A stretch of 64,000 nt of DNA from Candidatus Obscuribacteraceae bacterium (GTDB lineage Bacteria; Cyanobacteriota; Vampirovibrionia; Obscuribacterales; Obscuribacteraceae), in assembly GCA_044226015.1 (NCBI GenBank), contig JBGAHS010000004.1, positions 736,001-800,000 on the forward strand, read 5' to 3'. The notes under the pieces are model-generated. The model searched no databases. It was given only the letters and a program-made list of their open reading frames with translations, and was not told where the DNA came from. Every line of letters begins with the position of its first letter. Within the stretch, counting starts at the first letter, position 1. Below, in pieces: positions 60,074 through 64,000 of the stretch. A program made the position numbers and the translations under genes.

Positions 60074-61057
60074 ATGCGTACTATTTTCTCTGTTGTCTCA
60101 TTGGCTCTGACCTTATTGTTTGCATCTCTTCCATCCGTTGAAGCTGAAACCACCAGTGGCGAACGTCGACCGAAGATCGGCCTGGCGCTTGGTGGTGGTG
60201 GCGCCCGTGGTGCTGCCCATGTTGGGGTACTGAAAGAACTCGAAAAAGAAGGCATTCCGATAGACGTTATCGTGGGTACCTCCATTGGCTCTGTCGTCGG
60301 TGGGCAGTACGCTGCCGGTGTTCCTCTCGATCAAATCGAGCAAGAGTTTACTTCCACCTCATTGATGCATGCATTTATGACAGTTCCGCTCTGGTTTAGA
60401 GTTGTCGTGGCGCCAGTGATGGTGCTTCCTCGACTTCTCGGGCATCACCCGTATGATGGCTTGTATAAAGGAAACAAGTTTAGAAACTACCTTCTGAGTG
60501 AGGTTCCTTCGTCTGAGCGGAATATTGAAGAACTTAAGATTCCTTTTTCGGCAGTTGCAGTTAACCTGGTCGACGGAAATCCTAAGCGTATCACCAAGGG
60601 AAACCTGGGATATGCCATGCAGGCTAGCTGTGCAGTTCCAAGTTTGAGAAAACCCGTAGAAATTGAGGATGGATTGTATTGCGATGGGGGCATAGCTGCT
60701 AACGTACCTGTGCGACTTTGCAAAGAAGCTGGCGCTGATTTCGTTATCGCTGTTGATATTGATGAACGCGTTCTTCCAGTTGAGAAGGATAGTTTCAGAA
60801 AGATTGGTAGCGTCGCAGAACGCCTTCTCAAGCTTCAACTTCGTGACACTGATTCTCCCCAGATTTCGGAAGCCGATGTTGTAATTCATCCAAATGTAGA
60901 TGGTATCAGTCTAATCTCTACCAAGAAAGTAGATGCATTCCGTGGTCTTCAATCCGGCAGGGATGCTGCCCGAGCGGTGCTTCCAGGTTTGAAGAAAAAA
61001 CTAGCTGAAAGGGGCATCAATCTCAGCGGCGTAGCCTCGTCTACAACACCTAACTAA
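60074..61057 (+). CDS. Exported patatin-like phospholipase
   Basis: LALGGGGARG, GTSIG nucleophile elbow, DGG; signal peptide. Confidence 0.92.
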   Translation: MRTIFSVVSLALTLLFASLPSVEAETTSGERRPKIGLALGGGGARGAAHVGVLKELEKEGIPIDVIVGTSIGSVVGGQYAAGVPLDQIEQEFTSTSLMHAFMTVPLWFRVVVAPVMVLPRLLGHHPYDGLYKGNKFRNYLLSEVPSSERNIEELKIPFSAVAVNLVDGNPKRITKGNLGYAMQASCAVPSLRKPVEIEDGLYCDGGIAANVPVRLCKEAGADFVIAVDIDERVLPVEKDSFRKIGSVAERLLKLQLRDTDSPQISEADVVIHPNVDGISLISTKKVDAFRGLQSGRDAARAVLPGLKKKLAERGINLSGVASSTTPN

Positions 61058-61089
61058 GGTCGGCACAAGATGGTAGACGTGAAATAGAT

Positions 61090-61764
61090 ATGTTCAGAAA
61101 AACAGCTTTCAGTTTCGTAGGATTTCCAGTGATACTGAGCTTGTGTTGTTCGTATCCCATCTGTGCGAAGAAATCGTCAGAAGATAGCAAAGCTGCAAAG
61201 TCACACTCATCAGAAAAAGCAAGCAAAAAAAAGTTGCCTCAAAAGGCGCTCAAAGACCTCTCAGGCAAATCGATTCAACTCCTGGTCGATACTGAAGATG
61301 TCGTCGTAAGAGGCAAGCACGGGCTGAGAATTCATGTGCAGAACAAGTCAGACCGTGCAGTGATTTTCAATGGCGACGATGCCAAAGCAATACTTAATGG
61401 TATGGAATACCCAAGCAACATAATGGGTGAGTTCGAGGACCTTTCTGGCAGTCAGCCCACTTTTATTAGTGACCTTGATGCGACAGATGGCGGCAATCCC
61501 ACTGCTATCTCCATAAAAGGAATTCAGTCATATAACGACCTCCTGAGGAAACCCAAGCCAACGCTTGATCGCTTTAATCGAGACGACTACCAGCGTAAAG
61601 CGGAAGATCAAACTCGGTTTGGGCAACGTATTCTCTGGCCCGGCGACTCCTCGTCAGGCACCATAATATTCCAGTCTTCAGAGGCTCTGGGCAATGCTCA
61701 AGTAAAGATACCAATTTGTTCTTTCTTTGATGCTGCCGATAAGGCTGAGGCAAGCAATAAATGA
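61090..61764 (+). CDS. Exported hypothetical protein
   Basis: Signal peptide; Ig-like pattern (LRIHVQNKSDRAV..ILWPGDSSSGTIIF). Confidence 0.7.
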   Translation: MFRKTAFSFVGFPVILSLCCSYPICAKKSSEDSKAAKSHSSEKASKKKLPQKALKDLSGKSIQLLVDTEDVVVRGKHGLRIHVQNKSDRAVIFNGDDAKAILNGMEYPSNIMGEFEDLSGSQPTFISDLDATDGGNPTAISIKGIQSYNDLLRKPKPTLDRFNRDDYQRKAEDQTRFGQRILWPGDSSSGTIIFQSSEALGNAQVKIPICSFFDAADKAEASNK

Positions 61765-62663
61765 ATTTTGCGAATAACTCAAGGCTTGTCTTTTCTGTTT
61801 TTGCAGCATCTTTGTTGAATAGCGCACCATGTAATGCAGAAACAAGCGAGCTGCCTTTTACTTATCGCGGCGGCCACATAATTTGTATTCCTGCGACTCT
61901 TAATTCAAAAAAACAGAGTACTTTTATTCTTGATACCGGGGCTGGTGTCAACATTCTTTCTGATAAGTTGCAGAAAGAACACGCCTCCGCAGCCACTGCT
62001 CGTCATTCAGGCAAACGAATGTCTGGGCAGGCGCTGCAGATGAAAATAGCAACGGTTCCGGAGATCAAAGTTGGAGCTGTGCAGCAAAAACTCTCGAAGG
62101 TGGCAATCTGGAATACAGAGGATTTGTTTGGGCACAGCAAAGAGTTTGCTGACATAGCCGGAATTCTCTCGCTGAACTTTTTCAGAAAAGTTCCATTTAC
62201 TCTGGACTATAAGAGAAAGGTACTCATTCTCGAAGATAGCGAATCGTTGAAAAAACGTGTCGCAACCGGCATACGGGTGCCGGTCAAAATCGAGAGCAAG
62301 GGTGATGTGGAACTTTCAATCAAAGTACCAATAAGCATTGATAAAAATCCTCGGCTGTTCGCTGAAGTCGACACCGGCAGTGATTCTCTTATTCTGGATT
62401 TGAGATACATGAAATCTCTCAACATACGCAATGCGAAAATCAAACGGGTCGTCGGCAAGGACGAAACGGGGCACAGTTTTATTCGCTATTTTACTGAACT
62501 TCCTGGGAATATATGCTTAAAGGACGCCCCATCAATCTCGCAGAAGAAGCCCGACGTCATGTTTCAGAAGATAATTCATGATGGACTCATTGGGAATTCG
62601 TTCTTGAAGCAATTTACGGTTACCTACGACCTGGCCCATTCCCAGATGATTTTCAGCAACTAA
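61761..62663 (+). CDS. Exported retropepsin-like aspartyl protease with two protease domains
   Basis: FILDTGA..GILSLNFF and VDTGS..GLIGNSFL; 4-nt overlap with the upstream gene. Confidence 0.88.
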   Translation: MNFANNSRLVFSVFAASLLNSAPCNAETSELPFTYRGGHIICIPATLNSKKQSTFILDTGAGVNILSDKLQKEHASAATARHSGKRMSGQALQMKIATVPEIKVGAVQQKLSKVAIWNTEDLFGHSKEFADIAGILSLNFFRKVPFTLDYKRKVLILEDSESLKKRVATGIRVPVKIESKGDVELSIKVPISIDKNPRLFAEVDTGSDSLILDLRYMKSLNIRNAKIKRVVGKDETGHSFIRYFTELPGNICLKDAPSISQKKPDVMFQKIIHDGLIGNSFLKQFTVTYDLAHSQMIFSN

Positions 62664-62670
62664 TTCATTG

Positions 62671-64000
62671 ATGAGCAGCTTAAAAGTTGGCGAGCTATTT
62701 CAAGAGCGATACTTGATCAAAGCACGTCTCGGCGCTGGCGGAATGGGTGATGTATATCGCGCTACTCAAGTTGATGTAGGACGAGATGTCGCGCTGAAGC
62801 TTTTGCGTTCCGACAGTATTGGCGATGATGAAACGGTGAAGCGGTTCTATCGTGAGTTCAAAATTTTGTCGAGACTGCAACATTCTCATATCGTGACCAT
62901 TTACGGACTGGCGCTCGATGAGCAAAATGTTCCTTATGCCGTCTGCGAATTTATAGAGGGTAGGAGTCTTCGCTCTGTTTTGCAACAAGGAGCACTCGAT
63001 TGGCAGAGAGCTTGCAAATTACTGATTCAAATCTGTGATGCAATGCAATACGCTCATGAACAGCAGGTTGTGCACCGAGATCTTAAGCCTGACAATATCA
63101 TGTTGCTTGATAAACCTGAGGCAGACTTCGTCAAAATAATTGATTTTGGATTGTCTCGTGCCGCCATCGTTGAACTTGATGAGTCACAAAAGCTTACTTT
63201 CACAGGGCAACTCTTGGGCACCCCAAACTATATGAGCCCAGAAATGACGCCAAACAGCTTAAAGGCTGAGATTTACTCTCTGGGATGCATTATGTTCGAA
63301 ATGCTTGCTGGAGAGTTTCTATTTGACGCCGACACCGCTGTTGGAACCTTGTATTTGCATGCAAATACTGACCCGGCGACTCGTTTTGGAAAAATCAAAG
63401 CTGCACCTTTTGCACTTTACCATGTGATGAAAAAGGCACTCGCGAAAAGTCCTGACGAGCGGTACGCTTCAATGAAAGACTTTCAAAAAAGCCTCGAAGA
63501 AATCATGAAAGACCCAAGCAACATTATTGCTGGAGCGGCTTTTAATGAGCACAAACGTGCGCCCCTAAGAATCAATACAAAGCTTCTTGTTGGTGCTTTG
63601 ATAGTAACTTCGATACTAGCAATTGGCTCTCTCGCTCCCAGAAAAAATGAAAATGTAAGCAAGATGTCCGAAGGATTTGGTAGTTTGAAATACACACCAA
63701 TTTCCAAATTACCATCAAGGCTTTCCAATAACATCGATCTTATAACCAGCGAAACATGGATTAAAGAGAATCTCCAATCGACCCGCGCGAGTTATGAGGA
63801 CATCGCGACGATTGCTTGGCACAGCCTCAGATATCGAAGAAATCATGGAATGTCAATTTCTCCTCCCTATGCTGAGGAGCTGCTTGTGAAAATCCATGAT
63901 GCTGCAAGGCACGTGAGAAATTCAAAGCAAAAAATGCTTCTTATTCTGCGCGAGGCTCGTCTGTGTGTACTTCTAAAGCAACCTGATAAAGCACTGGAAT
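62671..64000 (+). CDS. Ser/Thr protein kinase with downstream TM segment, 3'-truncated by window edge (absent from the ORF track)
   Basis: Translated by hand: MSSLKVGELFQERY..LGAGGMGDVY, VALK, HRDLKPDN, DFG, GTPNYMSPE; TM LLVGALIVTSILAIGSLA; no stop seen before 64000. Confidence 0.92.
   Translation, partial: MSSLKVGELFQERYLIKARLGAGGMGDVYRATQVDVGRDVALKLLRSDSIGDDETVKRFYREFKILSRLQHSHIVTIYGLALDEQNVPYAVCEFIEGRSLRSVLQQGALDWQRACKLLIQICDAMQYAHEQQVVHRDLKPDNIMLLDKPEADFVKIIDFGLSRAAIVELDESQKLTFTGQLLGTPNYMSPEMTPNSLKAEIYSLGCIMFEMLAGEFLFDADTAVGTLYLHANTDPATRFGKIKAAPFALYHVMKKALAKSPDERYASMKDFQKSLEEIMKDPSNIIAGAAFNEHKRAPLRINTKLLVGALIVTSILAIGSLAPRKNENVSKMSEGFGSLKYTPISKLPSRLSNNIDLITSETWIKENLQSTRASYEDIATIAWHSLRYRRNHGMSISPPYAEELLVKIHDAARHVRNSKQKMLLILREARLCVLLKQPDKALE

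Overview
Gene-dense bacterial chromosomal window with no rRNA, tRNA, CRISPR array or recognisable mobile element. The gene inventory (many TPR proteins, eukaryote-like Ser/Thr kinases, scattered TadE/TadG-like pilins, a giant low-complexity LysM protein, no photosynthesis genes) suggests a non-photosynthetic cyanobacterial relative (Vampirovibrionia/Melainabacteria, Obscuribacterales-like); this taxonomy is inference only. Housekeeping genes: polA, a complete trpEGDCFBA operon, purA, holB-like, a class B DnaJ protein, an agmatinase, a PafA-type alkaline phosphatase and a 3-hydroxyacyl-CoA dehydrogenase. Best novel-system candidate: a single 815-aa gene (42519-44966, minus) fusing a DUF692/MNIO multinuclear non-heme iron oxidase, a DUF2063-type partner domain and a class I SAM methyltransferase. 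It lies directly behind a 142-aa Cys-free, disordered ORF that could be its RiPP precursor. Other highlights: a 15-aa Trp-rich leader peptide with a full attenuator in front of trpE (missed by the ORF track); a vasohibin-like Cys-His-Ser protease; an unnamed domain present both stand-alone and as the input domain of a nearby histidine kinase; and several candidate structured RNAs and operator sites. All family assignments are from motif recognition by eye; no searches were run.
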